From contig CP075337.1 of the NCBI GenBank assembly GCA_025349965.1, positions 300,001 through 332,000 of the forward strand: a stretch of DNA of 32,000 nucleotides, given 5' to 3'. The notes beneath the pieces were generated by a model. That model ran no database searches and had not been told where the DNA came from. It was given only the letters and a program-made list of their open reading frames with translations. The position numbers and the translations under genes were made by a program. This DNA is from Candidatus Saccharimonadota bacterium. Lineage in GTDB: Bacteria; Patescibacteriota; Saccharimonadia; Saccharimonadales; Saccharimonadaceae. Shown here one piece after another: positions 9,527-18,107 of this stretch (its first letter is position 1; the number at the start of each line of letters is the position of its first letter).

Positions 9527-10401
9527 AGCAACCAACAAAAGCAATCATCTGTGCAGCAGGGCTAGGAACACGATTCCTGCCGCAAACAAAGGCAATGCCA
9601 AAAGAGATGTTGCCTTTAATTGACCGTCCAGTAATTCAGGTTATTGTTGAGCAAGCTGTCGCTGCCGGCGTGACGGAAATCATCATTGTTACGGGTAGTA
9701 CAAAGCGCGCAATTGAGGACCACTTCGACAGGAGTGATGAACTTGAAGCCGAGCTTCGTGAGAAGGGGAAGTATGACAAAGCGGATGAAATTAAGCGTAT
9801 CGCGGAGCTTGCAAATTTTGTGTATTTACGCCAAAAGGGCTCTCCCAAGGGGAATGCTCGCCCGATTCTAAATGCACGCCATCTTATTAATGACGATGAA
9901 CCGTTTTTCGTATTTTTTGCAGATGATTTCTTCCGGAGCGAGTCGCCGTGGCCAATTCAACTCAAAGAGGCGTATGAAAAGACAGGGAAGTCGGTTATTT
10001 CGCTCATCGAGGTTGAGAAAAAGGATGCTGACAAATATGGCATGGCAATTTTGAAAAATGAAATTTCGGATCGACTCTTTGAACTTGGTGGGTTGCAAGA
10101 AAAGCCTGGCGCTGAAAATACACCTTCAACATTTGCATCGGTTGGAAGCTATCTGCTAACACCTGAAATTTGGCAGTATCTCGAACAAGAAAAGGTAGGC
10201 AAGGGCGGTGAGATTGGTCTGGCGGACAGTTTAAACGAGCTTGCTGAAGCGGGTGGCGTGAACGGCTACTTTATTGATGGCGTGTGGCATGATACCGGTG
10301 ACCAGCTAAAGTACATCAAGGCAGTGATTGACCTCGCGCTTGAAAGTGATGAATATGGCGCAGAACTCACCGACTACCTTAAGGGGCGGCTTGCGCAGTA
10401 A
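9523..10401 (+). CDS. galU: UTP--glucose-1-phosphate uridylyltransferase
   Basis: KAIICAAGLGTRFLPQTKAMPKEMLPLIDRPVIQ is the canonical GalU N-terminus. AAGGAGG SD. Confidence 0.9.
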   Translation: MKQPTKAIICAAGLGTRFLPQTKAMPKEMLPLIDRPVIQVIVEQAVAAGVTEIIIVTGSTKRAIEDHFDRSDELEAELREKGKYDKADEIKRIAELANFVYLRQKGSPKGNARPILNARHLINDDEPFFVFFADDFFRSESPWPIQLKEAYEKTGKSVISLIEVEKKDADKYGMAILKNEISDRLFELGGLQEKPGAENTPSTFASVGSYLLTPEIWQYLEQEKVGKGGEIGLADSLNELAEAGGVNGYFIDGVWHDTGDQLKYIKAVIDLALESDEYGAELTDYLKGRLAQ

Positions 10402-10413
10402 CCTAAAGGGTTA

Positions 10414-10419
10414 TATACT
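10414..10419 (+). promoter_or_regulatory. Candidate -10 box (TATACT) for the DUF948/YtxH/membrane-protein trio
   Basis: Lies in the 56-nt gap after galU, about 39 nt upstream of ATG 10458, which has its own AAAGGGG SD. Confidence 0.35.
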
Positions 10420-10457
10420 ATAGATAGAATAAACCTATACCGTAAAGGGGATTGCAC

Positions 10458-10724
10458 ATGAGTACTGCGGCAGAAATTCTGGTCATTATAGTATCGAGTG
10501 TATTGGCGGTGTTCTTGATTGTATCAATTATTTTGGGTATCTATCTCATCCGCCTTTCCATCCAAATAAAAAATCTCACAAAAACCGCGCAGAATACCGT
10601 TGATCATATTGATTCTGCTGTTGTGGGTGTATCGCGTTTGGCATCGCCTGTGTTTGTTGCAGAAATGGTGGCGCGATATGTGAAGAAATTCACTAAGAAT
10701 AGTAATAAGAAGGGGAAGAAATAA
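10458..10724 (+). CDS. DUF948 (YtxG-like) small membrane protein
   Basis: N-terminal TM (ILVIIVSSVLAVFLIVSIILGIYLI) followed by a helical KNLTKTAQNTVDHIDS segment. ATG 10458 is preferred over TTG 10452 because of SD spacing. Its stop overlaps the next start (TAATG). Confidence 0.6.
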   Translation: MSTAAEILVIIVSSVLAVFLIVSIILGIYLIRLSIQIKNLTKTAQNTVDHIDSAVVGVSRLASPVFVAEMVARYVKKFTKNSNKKGKK

Positions 10725-11080
10725 TGGCGAAGGGTAAAATTGCACTAGGAGCATTCATTGGAGCGGCTGCGGGTTTTGTAGCGGGTATTCTTACTGCGCC
10801 AAAGAGTGGTAAAGAAACGCGTAAGGACCTTAAAAAAGCAGGCGAGCATGTAAAAGAAGTTGTGTCCGACGAGGCTGGAAAAGTCCGTGATGTAACAACA
10901 AAGACTGCGCATGACGTAAAGCTAAAGGCTGAATCTGCTGCACATGAAGTCGCACAAAAGGCCAAAGACGTCAAGGAAGATACGACCGAGCGTGTCGAAG
11001 AATTCAAGGGCCGTGTTGAGCAGGCTGTTGACGGTGCTCGTAAGGGGTTTGCTAAAAAACCACCTGTAGCGAAGAAATAA
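10724..11080 (+). CDS. YtxH-domain protein (general-stress-type, LEA-like)
   Basis: GAFIGAAAGFVAGILTAPKSGKETRKDLKK is the YtxH signature. The remainder is a charged amphipathic repeat. Confidence 0.8.
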   Translation: MAKGKIALGAFIGAAAGFVAGILTAPKSGKETRKDLKKAGEHVKEVVSDEAGKVRDVTTKTAHDVKLKAESAAHEVAQKAKDVKEDTTERVEEFKGRVEQAVDGARKGFAKKPPVAKK

Positions 11081-11089
11081 TAGCCTCTC

Positions 11090-11431
11090 ATGGCTAAGAA
11101 TAAGGATACTCAACCGAATAGTGCTCAAAAAGCAGTGCGGACTACTAAGAATATGACAAAAAAGATTGCACGTAAAGTTCAGGCGGATGTAGAGACTGGC
11201 GCGCGTAAAGACATTATTGAGCAGCTTTTTTATGATTTCCATAAATCGCGTGCGCAGGTGTATTGGGCGAATTTTTTCCGTGGTATTTTCTTCGGAGTAG
11301 GCAGTGTTATTGGCGGTACTATTGTTGTGGCGGTTGTCGTGAGCATCCTTTCGTTGCTCACCGATGTACCGGGTGTATTTGGTGAATTTATTCAGTACAT
11401 CGTTGATATCGTAAAACACGGCAGAGCATAA
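11090..11431 (+). CDS. Small protein with a basic N-terminus and C-terminal membrane segment (DUF5665-like, tentative)
   Basis: FFRGIFFGVGSVIGGTIVVAVVVSILSLL hydrophobic region. Co-directional with the YtxG/YtxH-like pair. Confidence 0.55.
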   Translation: MAKNKDTQPNSAQKAVRTTKNMTKKIARKVQADVETGARKDIIEQLFYDFHKSRAQVYWANFFRGIFFGVGSVIGGTIVVAVVVSILSLLTDVPGVFGEFIQYIVDIVKHGRA

Positions 11432-11437
11432 TGAGGT

Positions 11438-11457
11438 CGCCTTCGGGCGTAAATTTT
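11438..11457 (+). terminator. Weak hairpin C(UUCG)G followed by a short T run
   Basis: cgcc-ttcg-ggcg then taaatttt. The stem is only 4 bp. Confidence 0.25.
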
Positions 11458-11485
11458 ACTACAGACCAGTAAGGGGAGATTGGGA

Positions 11486-11491
11486 TATACT
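11486..11491 (+). promoter_or_regulatory. Candidate -10 box (TATACT) 6 nt upstream of the dnaE ATG 11498
   Basis: TATACT-attgat-ATG. The GGGGAG at 11473-11478 is too close to TTG 11480 and too far from ATG 11498 to act as an SD. Confidence 0.4.
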
Positions 11492-11497
11492 ATTGAT

Positions 11498-14400
11498 ATG
11501 ACAGAGGAGGCGGTACAGACATCTGCGGATGTGGAGTTAAAGGTTTCAGATTACGTGCACTTGCACAACCATACGCAACATAGCTTGCTTGACGGTTTGA
11601 GTAAGATTCCAAAGCTCGTGGAGCTTGCTAAGGAAATGGGTATGGAAGCCGCTGCTATTACTGACCACGGAACTCTCTCTGGTGTTCTTGATTTTTATAA
11701 ATCAGCACAAAATACGGGCATTAAGCCAATCTTGGGAATGGAGGCGTACGTAGCTGCTCGTAGCCGTCACGACCGCGACCCTCAAAAAGACAAAGCTCGG
11801 TATCACCTTATTATTCTCGCTATGAATAATACAGGCTACCAGAATCTGATGAAGCTCAGTACGACCGCTAATCTTGAAGGTATGTACTACAAGCCTCGTA
11901 TCGACCATGAACTATTAGAGAAATATAACGAAGGCCTTATTATTCTTTCTGGGTGTGCAAGTGGTGAAGTTGGAGAGAATCTTCGCGCCGATAATTACGA
12001 AGAAGCAAAGTCAATCGCCGCATGGTATAAGAGCGTTTTTGGCGATAGGTATTATCTCGAGCTTCAAGACCATGGACATCCAGATGCTCCGTCTCCATGG
12101 GACGTGCAGGTAAAGATTAACAAGTATCTCGAGCAAATTTCTCAAGAGCTCGATATTCCAATGGTTGTTTCCAGTGATGGGCACTACTTGACTCACAATG
12201 ACCAAGACGCGCATGAAATCCTTCTCTGTGTTGGTACGGGCTCATTTTTGAGTGACGAAAAGCGCATGTCTCTGAAGGATTTTGAACTGCACGTGACTGA
12301 TCCGAAGGATATTATTGGACGGTGGGGTAAAACAAACCCGCAAGCCGTGCGCAACACGAAGTTGATTGCTGATCGTTGTGATGTCAGTATTGAGCTGGGT
12401 GGTATTCTTATTCCAACCTTTCCAACTCCAGAAGGTCACGATGAAAAGACCTATCTCGATGAACTCGTCTTCCAGGGGCTCGCGTGGCGCTATTGTGATG
12501 AAGTGAAAACTTTGGAAGATTCCGAGAAGCTTACGGTTGAAGAGGCTCGTAAAATCATTCCAGAAAACGTGCTTGAGCGAACCGACTACGAGCTCGGTGT
12601 CATTGACCGCATGGGCTTCAACGGGTACTTCTTGATCGTCCAGGACTTTATTAACTGGGGTAAAAATCAGGGAATTATCTTTGGTCCGGGTCGTGGATCT
12701 GCGGCCGGGTCTATTGTGGCCTATGCAACTCGTATTACAGAGCTTGACCCGCTCAAATATGACCTCCTCTTTGAGCGTTTCTTGAACCCTGACCGTATCT
12801 CTATGCCAGATGTGGATATCGATATTCAAGATACGCGTCGCAACGAAGTGATTCAGTATTGTACTGAAAAATATGGCACTGAGCGTGTGGCAAATATTGT
12901 AACATTCGGTACCATGGCAGCTCGCGCGGCCGTCCGTGACGTTGCTCGTGTGCTTCAGGTGCCGTATGGTGAGTCTGACCGTATTGCGAAACTTGTGCCA
13001 CAGCCAGTACAGGGGCGCCACATTCCCTTGGCGGTAAGTATTGTTGAAGATGCTGATTTGAAGGCGGAGTATGAGAATAGCCCTACTGCAAAACGGGTGA
13101 TTGATTTTGCTATTCAGCTTGAAGGGACGATTCGTAGCCATGGTGTGCATGCTGCCGGTGTGGTGATTGCACCGGATGACATTGTGAAGTTCCTTCCAAT
13201 TGAAATGTCGCAGAAGGGTGTGCCGGCAACGCAATTCCCAATGGGACAGGTTGAAGAGCTTGGACTCCTCAAGATGGACTTCTTGGGTCTCTCTAACCTC
13301 TCTATTATTAATAATGCGCTCCGTATCATTAAAAAAGTGAATGGGGTTACGATAGATCTTGGCGACATCCCTCTTGATGACAGCGTAACGTATGAGCTCT
13401 TCCAGCGTGGAGATACGACTGGGGTCTTCCAACTTGAATCTGCCGGAATGAAGCGATATCTCCGAGAGCTTAAGCCGACGGTGTTTGAGGATATCGTGGC
13501 CATGGTGGCATTGTACCGTCCGGGTCCAATGCAGTTCATCGACGACTTTATTAAGCGCAAGCATGGTGAAAAAGAAATTACTTATATGCACCCGAAGATG
13601 GAAAATGCACTCAGTACGACGTACGGCGTCTTGGTGTATCAAGAGCAGGTGATGCAGATTTCTCGCGAACTTTCTGGATTTACAGGGGGGGAGGCAGACA
13701 CGCTCCGTAAGGCTATTGGTAAAAAACAAGTTGAAACAATGGCAAAAATGAAGGAACGCTTTATTGATGGTGCTGTTGAGGGGTCTGGAGCCAAGCGTGA
13801 GGATATGGAAGTATTCTGGAAGCAGCTCGAAGACTTTGCAGCCTACTGTTTCAATAAATCCCACGCCGCTTGCTACGGGCTTATTTCGTACTGGACCGCA
13901 TATCTTAAGGCGCATTACCCAGAGGCATTTATGGCGGCGCTTATGACGAGTGACGCAGACGATACCGAGCGACTTGCGATTGAGATGACCGAATGTAAGC
14001 ACATGGGCATCAAGGTACTCTCGCCAGATGTAAATGAAAGTTACGTTGAATTCGCGGTCGTGCCGGGTAAGAAAGAGATTCGCTTTGGCATGGCGGCTGT
14101 AAAGGGTGTTGGTGTTGGTGTGGTTGAGGAGATCCTTGAAGCGCGTGATCGCGATGGAAAATTTCTTAATGTTGAAGATTTTGCCAAGCGTGTTTCAACT
14201 CGCAAGGTAAATAAAAAAGCTTGGGAGTCGCTGATTCGCACTGGAGCATTTGATAGTATGGGTGATCGCTCTGACCTTCTTTTCAACCTTGAGACAATTC
14301 AGGCGTTTGCTTCAAAACTACAAAAAGAAGCATTAAGCGGGCAGACGGATTTATTTGGAGTGCTTGCAGAGGCGGCTCCTTCTATGCAGCCGACCGTTTC

Positions 14401-15262
14401 GCTGACTCCAGCGCCAGTAAAGCACACTGATCAAGAGCGCTTGACATGGGAGCGCGAGCTTCTGGGGCTCTATATTAGCGCTCACCCTCTCGATAACTAC
14501 GATGCATACTTCCAAGAGCAGACCGTGCCGTTGACGGAAATGACACAAGATATTGACGGCAAGGCGCTTACTATTGGTGGGCTTGTTTCGGCTGTGCGCA
14601 CAATCGTAACAAAGAGTGGCACGAAAATGGCATTCGTGAAACTTGAAGATAAGACAAGCGAGGCTGAGGTGATTGTCTTCCCGAATCTTTACGAGCAAGT
14701 TGGCGCTAAGCTTATGCAAGACGCTGTGGTGCGTGTTTCCGGTAAGGTATCGGCGCGGGATCGTGATGGAAATCTTACGAGTGATGTGAAGTTAATTGCC
14801 GATGATATTCAGCCGGTTGACGAAGAGGAGCTTCGCACGTATGAGTCGACAGGCCGTGCAATGGAGAAGCCAAAGGCGGGCAAGGTGCCACTTGTAAAGC
14901 GCAAGCCGGGCGGTGGTAATGGCGGAAGGGGTAACTGGGGCGGTAATGGCGGCGGCTCAAATACTGGTGGTTCAGCGGCTGCTGGGCCGGGAGCTTCTGT
15001 AAGTTCAAGGCCAGTCGGTCCACCGCCGGTTGCCGAAGAGCTAAAGACTGTCTACGTACACGTAAAGAATCCTGAAGACCAAGAAGGGTTGATGAAGGTG
15101 AAGCAAATTTGCGCGCTCTTCCCCGGACTGTGCGATATGGTGTTGGTACTTGGTCCCGATAAGCAATCTGCAATTAAGATGCCATTCCGCGTAGATGGGA
15201 GCGATGAGCTCGTGGGGCGTTTGGTGAAGATTTTGGGCGAGGATGCGGTTGCGCTGAAATAA
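11498..15262 (+). CDS. dnaE: DNA polymerase III alpha subunit (DnaE type)
   Basis: PHP domain HLHNHTQHSLLDG, palm/fingers motifs (FNKSHAACYG, PDVDIDI), an OB fold and a C-terminal tail. The start is ambiguous between TTG 11480 and ATG 11498; I chose the ATG from the -10 spacing. A Gly/Asn-rich linker lies at about nt 14905-15032. Confidence 0.95.
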   Translation: MTEEAVQTSADVELKVSDYVHLHNHTQHSLLDGLSKIPKLVELAKEMGMEAAAITDHGTLSGVLDFYKSAQNTGIKPILGMEAYVAARSRHDRDPQKDKARYHLIILAMNNTGYQNLMKLSTTANLEGMYYKPRIDHELLEKYNEGLIILSGCASGEVGENLRADNYEEAKSIAAWYKSVFGDRYYLELQDHGHPDAPSPWDVQVKINKYLEQISQELDIPMVVSSDGHYLTHNDQDAHEILLCVGTGSFLSDEKRMSLKDFELHVTDPKDIIGRWGKTNPQAVRNTKLIADRCDVSIELGGILIPTFPTPEGHDEKTYLDELVFQGLAWRYCDEVKTLEDSEKLTVEEARKIIPENVLERTDYELGVIDRMGFNGYFLIVQDFINWGKNQGIIFGPGRGSAAGSIVAYATRITELDPLKYDLLFERFLNPDRISMPDVDIDIQDTRRNEVIQYCTEKYGTERVANIVTFGTMAARAAVRDVARVLQVPYGESDRIAKLVPQPVQGRHIPLAVSIVEDADLKAEYENSPTAKRVIDFAIQLEGTIRSHGVHAAGVVIAPDDIVKFLPIEMSQKGVPATQFPMGQVEELGLLKMDFLGLSNLSIINNALRIIKKVNGVTIDLGDIPLDDSVTYELFQRGDTTGVFQLESAGMKRYLRELKPTVFEDIVAMVALYRPGPMQFIDDFIKRKHGEKEITYMHPKMENALSTTYGVLVYQEQVMQISRELSGFTGGEADTLRKAIGKKQVETMAKMKERFIDGAVEGSGAKREDMEVFWKQLEDFAAYCFNKSHAACYGLISYWTAYLKAHYPEAFMAALMTSDADDTERLAIEMTECKHMGIKVLSPDVNESYVEFAVVPGKKEIRFGMAAVKGVGVGVVEEILEARDRDGKFLNVEDFAKRVSTRKVNKKAWESLIRTGAFDSMGDRSDLLFNLETIQAFASKLQKEALSGQTDLFGVLAEAAPSMQPTVSLTPAPVKHTDQERLTWERELLGLYISAHPLDNYDAYFQEQTVPLTEMTQDIDGKALTIGGLVSAVRTIVTKSGTKMAFVKLEDKTSEAEVIVFPNLYEQVGAKLMQDAVVRVSGKVSARDRDGNLTSDVKLIADDIQPVDEEELRTYESTGRAMEKPKAGKVPLVKRKPGGGNGGRGNWGGNGGGSNTGGSAAAGPGASVSSRPVGPPPVAEELKTVYVHVKNPEDQEGLMKVKQICALFPGLCDMVLVLGPDKQSAIKMPFRVDGSDELVGRLVKILGEDAVALK

Positions 15263-15268
15263 GTACAC

Positions 15269-15766
15269 TTAGTGTACGGAGAGCTCATAGAGCGCCACGC
15301 CTGCTGCAACGCTCACGTTAAATGACTCTTTCTTTCCCTTCATGGGGATTTCAATAATATCCTCGCACTGCTCAAGTATTTCCTTTGGAATTCCTTCCAC
15401 TTCTTCGCCTAAAACAAGTGCAATCTTTTCTGGCGTACTGTATTCAGGAAGCAGGATGCTTGTTGGCGCTTGCTCAAGTCCCACAATAGTAAATCCGTCA
15501 GATCGTAACTGGGAGAAGTCTGGCGTATCAACGTACTCAAACGGTACAATTTCCTCGGCACCAAGCGCAGTTTTATGAATTTGTTTATGAAGCTTTTCAG
15601 CAATATGCGGAAGGCGAGTATCTTTGGCTCCATTTGTTAAAAGCGGGTAGGGGCTATAGCCACTTAAGATTATTTTAGAAATCCCAAAGCCCTCGGCGGT
15701 TCTAAAAATCGCCCCAACGTTGTGGGTTGAGCGGATATTATGGGCAATAACGATTATCTCGGGCAT
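15269..15766 (-). CDS. SpoU/TrmH-family RNA 2'-O-methyltransferase
   Basis: NIRSTHNVGAIFRTAEGFG, VLGEEVEGIP and IPMKGKKESFNVSVAAGVALYE are SPOUT motifs 1-3. Confidence 0.88.
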   Translation of the reverse strand: MPEIIVIAHNIRSTHNVGAIFRTAEGFGISKIILSGYSPYPLLTNGAKDTRLPHIAEKLHKQIHKTALGAEEIVPFEYVDTPDFSQLRSDGFTIVGLEQAPTSILLPEYSTPEKIALVLGEEVEGIPKEILEQCEDIIEIPMKGKKESFNVSVAAGVALYELSVH

Positions 15767-15775
15767 GATATATGC

Positions 15776-15784
15776 ATTATAGCA
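15776..15784 (-). promoter_or_regulatory. Extended -10 (TGcTATAAT on the - strand) 9 nt upstream of the SpoU-family ATG
   Basis: The reverse complement reads aagTGcTATAATgcatatatcATG. No SD. Confidence 0.5.
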
Positions 15785-15839
15785 CTTATATCGTTTTCGA
15801 TATGTTAATAGATTTACGCTATAAAATGCTTACGTTTTT

Positions 15840-15848
15840 TGGTACTAT
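15840..15848 (+). promoter_or_regulatory. Extended -10 (TGgTACTAT) 7 nt upstream of the pilB ATG 15856
   Basis: ttttTGgTACTATaaaagcaATG. No SD. Confidence 0.5.
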
Positions 15849-15855
15849 AAAAGCA

Positions 15856-17478
15856 ATGGACGAACAAAAAATACAAGCACAGGCACGTGACGTAGACGAG
15901 CAGAGTACACAAAAACGTGCTGCGATTCTAGGGATGTCGTATCTTGATACGCGCCCAATCGAAGAAACACTTCCACTACTAGAGGATGTGCTTGATGTTA
16001 AAGAGATGCACAAGAGCCGTATTGTTCCGCTTATTGAAGGTGATGACTCGCATCCTTGGGAGTTTGGTATTACAACACAAACTCCACAGTCGCTCCTTAA
16101 AGAGATAAAAGATAAGTATGCAGAACGCGCGCATGCGGTGCTTTTCCATCTCATTAGCCAATACGGTTTCCGTGCCTTTATGCTTCGTTACGATCCTCCA
16201 GTCGTAGTCACCTATGATGACATTAAGATTGCAAACGAGGGCGACAGTGAAACGATTGATCAAGTAAGCAAGACACTCAACAGTGTCGGTACGGACGATT
16301 TGTTTGATTATCTTATTACGCAGGCCGACCAGCTCGGTGCGAGCGATATCCACATTGAAAACCAACGGAATACTATTAGGATTCGTCTGCGTGTTGACGG
16401 TGCGCTTCACCCTGTTGCGACCCTAGATCAAGACAGGTACCGTATTATTCTGGGTACGTTGGCGTCGCTTGCAAACCTTTCGACGGCGTCAACCGAGCCA
16501 CAGTCGGGACATATGCAAAAAGAGATTCAAGATCAGGACGGATCTCGCATTCTTAATATGCGTATTGAGACGGTTCCGACTATGTACGGGCAAGATGCGG
16601 TAATCCGTCTCTTTAACTACGATGAGTCGATGCTTAATCTCGACCGTCTTGGTATTGCTGAACGAGAACGAACAGAGATAGATGAGGTAATTAGCCATCC
16701 GCGTGGAATGGTGCTCATGGTTGGTCCGACAGGAAGTGGTAAGTCGACCACCCTCTACAGTATGATCAGCGCACTCAATACGACCGATCGCAAGATCATT
16801 ACACTGGAAGACCCAGTCGAATTTGGTGTTCCTGGAGTAACACAAATCCCCGTCGATACTACAGGTGGGCAAAGCTTTGCAGATCACCTGCGCTCGGTAC
16901 TCCGTCTTGACCCTGATGTTGTGATGGTGGGTGAGATCCGTGATGCTGATACGGCGCGTACGGCAATTCAAGCATCAATCACGGGGCATCTTGTACTATC
17001 TACATTCCATGCCAACAACACCTCTGCCGCATTTAGTCGTATGATCGATCTTATTGGTGTAAATCCAATTTTTAGCACAGCAATTCGCCTCGTCATTGCA
17101 CAGCGTCTTGTTCGGCGGCTTGATGATGACACCAAAGAAGAGTATGAACCGGATGAAGCAACGAAGCAATGGATTAGGGATACCTTGAAAGACTTGCCGG
17201 ATCATGTTGAAAAGCCGGATCTTGATGCTATAAAGCTATGGCGACCTGTCGCAAGTGAAAACTCACCGTTTGGCTATAACGGCCGTATGGTTGTTATGGA
17301 GCAACTTGTTCTTACGGAAGAGATCCAGAAATTTCTTCGCGGTGATGTATCTGACGTGCATGCCGAAGTAATTGAAAAGACCGCCCGTGAAGGAGGTATG
17401 GTGACGCTACTTGAAAATGGAGTACTAGCTGCACTTCGCGGCGAGACAACGCTCGATGAAATTAACCGCGTTATTTAA
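15856..17478 (+). CDS. pilB: Type II/IV secretion family ATPase (PilB/GspE-type pilus assembly ATPase)
   Basis: Walker A GPTGSGKST, Asp box, Walker B DPDVVMVGEIRD and His box (TGHLVLSTFHAN). The start is set at ATG 15856 because the ORF-track start at 15772 is only 5 nt from the divergent gene. Confidence 0.9.
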   Translation: MDEQKIQAQARDVDEQSTQKRAAILGMSYLDTRPIEETLPLLEDVLDVKEMHKSRIVPLIEGDDSHPWEFGITTQTPQSLLKEIKDKYAERAHAVLFHLISQYGFRAFMLRYDPPVVVTYDDIKIANEGDSETIDQVSKTLNSVGTDDLFDYLITQADQLGASDIHIENQRNTIRIRLRVDGALHPVATLDQDRYRIILGTLASLANLSTASTEPQSGHMQKEIQDQDGSRILNMRIETVPTMYGQDAVIRLFNYDESMLNLDRLGIAERERTEIDEVISHPRGMVLMVGPTGSGKSTTLYSMISALNTTDRKIITLEDPVEFGVPGVTQIPVDTTGGQSFADHLRSVLRLDPDVVMVGEIRDADTARTAIQASITGHLVLSTFHANNTSAAFSRMIDLIGVNPIFSTAIRLVIAQRLVRRLDDDTKEEYEPDEATKQWIRDTLKDLPDHVEKPDLDAIKLWRPVASENSPFGYNGRMVVMEQLVLTEEIQKFLRGDVSDVHAEVIEKTAREGGMVTLLENGVLAALRGETTLDEINRVI

Positions 17479-17532
17479 TTAGCAAGCACCCTTACCCGCA
17501 CCTGTTTAACTCTTTCAATTCTACCATAAACG

Positions 17533-17541
17533 TGCTATAAT
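17533..17541 (+). promoter_or_regulatory. Extended -10 promoter (TGcTATAAT) for rplS
   Basis: Perfect TATAAT with an upstream TGn. It would give a leader of about 105 nt. Confidence 0.55.
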
Positions 17542-17566
17542 ACGTAACTGATTGTATATAGTAACC

Positions 17567-17633
17567 GTCTGAGGTGAGATGGTGCGGAGCCGTAGCAATA
17601 CAACTACGTGGCCGACCAGAGGTACGCCGAGAC
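17567..17633 (+). promoter_or_regulatory. Structured rplS 5' leader (67-nt extended imperfect hairpin); candidate r-protein autoregulatory leader
   Basis: Nested helices gtct/agac, ggtg/cgcc, tggt/acca, cgg/ccg and cgtag/ctacg (about 20 bp) close an 8-nt loop, caatacaa. The hairpin ends 8 nt before the AGAGGA SD. Confidence 0.45.
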
Positions 17634-17652
17634 ACTAAATTAGAGGAAAATC

Positions 17653-18093
17653 ATGAGTTTTGAACTTATCCAAAAGGTAAACAACGAACAGCGCAAGGCT
17701 GCAGTTGTTACTGCGAAGAGTGGCGACACGGTACGTGTTCACCAGAAAATTAAAGAAGGTAACAAAGAGCGCGTTCAGGTATTTGAAGGTGTTGTTATTC
17801 GTGTTGACCGTCAGAAGTCACACACTGCACGTATTACTGTACGCAAGATTGCAAGCGGTGTTGGTGTTGAAAAGAGCTTCCTTATTCACAGCCCACTCGT
17901 AGAGAAGATTGAGATTACACGTCGTGCTAAGGTTCGCCGTAACTTCCTTTCTTACCTCCGTAACCGTAGCGGTAAGAGTGCTCGTCTTAAAGCGGTTAAG
18001 TTTGACCGTGAGGGTGTAAATACACTTCCTGAAGTAAAGGAAGAGGCTCCAAAGGCTGAAGAAGCTACTGAAACTCCGGCTGAAGAGAAGTAA
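17653..18093 (+). CDS. rplS: 50S ribosomal protein L19 with an acidic C-terminal extension
   Basis: GDTVRVHQKIKEGNKERVQVFEGVVI...ITVRKIASGVGVEKSFLIHSP is canonical L19. It carries an extra ~30-aa tail rich in E, A, K, P and T. Confidence 0.95.
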   Translation: MSFELIQKVNNEQRKAAVVTAKSGDTVRVHQKIKEGNKERVQVFEGVVIRVDRQKSHTARITVRKIASGVGVEKSFLIHSPLVEKIEITRRAKVRRNFLSYLRNRSGKSARLKAVKFDREGVNTLPEVKEEAPKAEEATETPAEEK

Positions 18094-18107
18094 ATCTCTC
18101 AATAACT

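Noticed and set aside
10693-11091. A 132-aa minus-strand ORF overlapping the YtxH gene
   Set aside because: The plus-strand frame carries the diagnostic YtxH motif, an SD and start/stop coupling with its neighbours. The minus-strand frame is Ser/Thr/Ala low-complexity sequence.
12242-14002. A 586-aa ORF on the - strand, the second-longest minus-strand ORF in the track
   Set aside because: It is nested entirely antisense to the strongly conserved dnaE coding frame. It has no recognisable motif, no SD or promoter context, and a skewed R/H/L/S-rich composition typical of shadow ORFs opposite a codon-biased gene.
15263-15277. A small palindrome, gtacac-tta-gtgtac, at the convergent dnaE/SpoU junction
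   Set aside because: It has only a 6-bp stem with a 3-nt loop, which is the SpoU stop codon, and no U tracts. That is too weak to call a terminator.
15772-15855. Upstream start codons for pilB (15772, 15802, 15826), clpC (24452) and the pilin (TTG 23755)
   Set aside because: The extensions add hydrophobic or basic sequence unrelated to these families and lack SDs. In the pilB case the extended start would leave only 5 nt to the divergent gene. The internal ATGs at 15856, 24542 and 23842 have proper promoter or SD context and family-typical N-termini.
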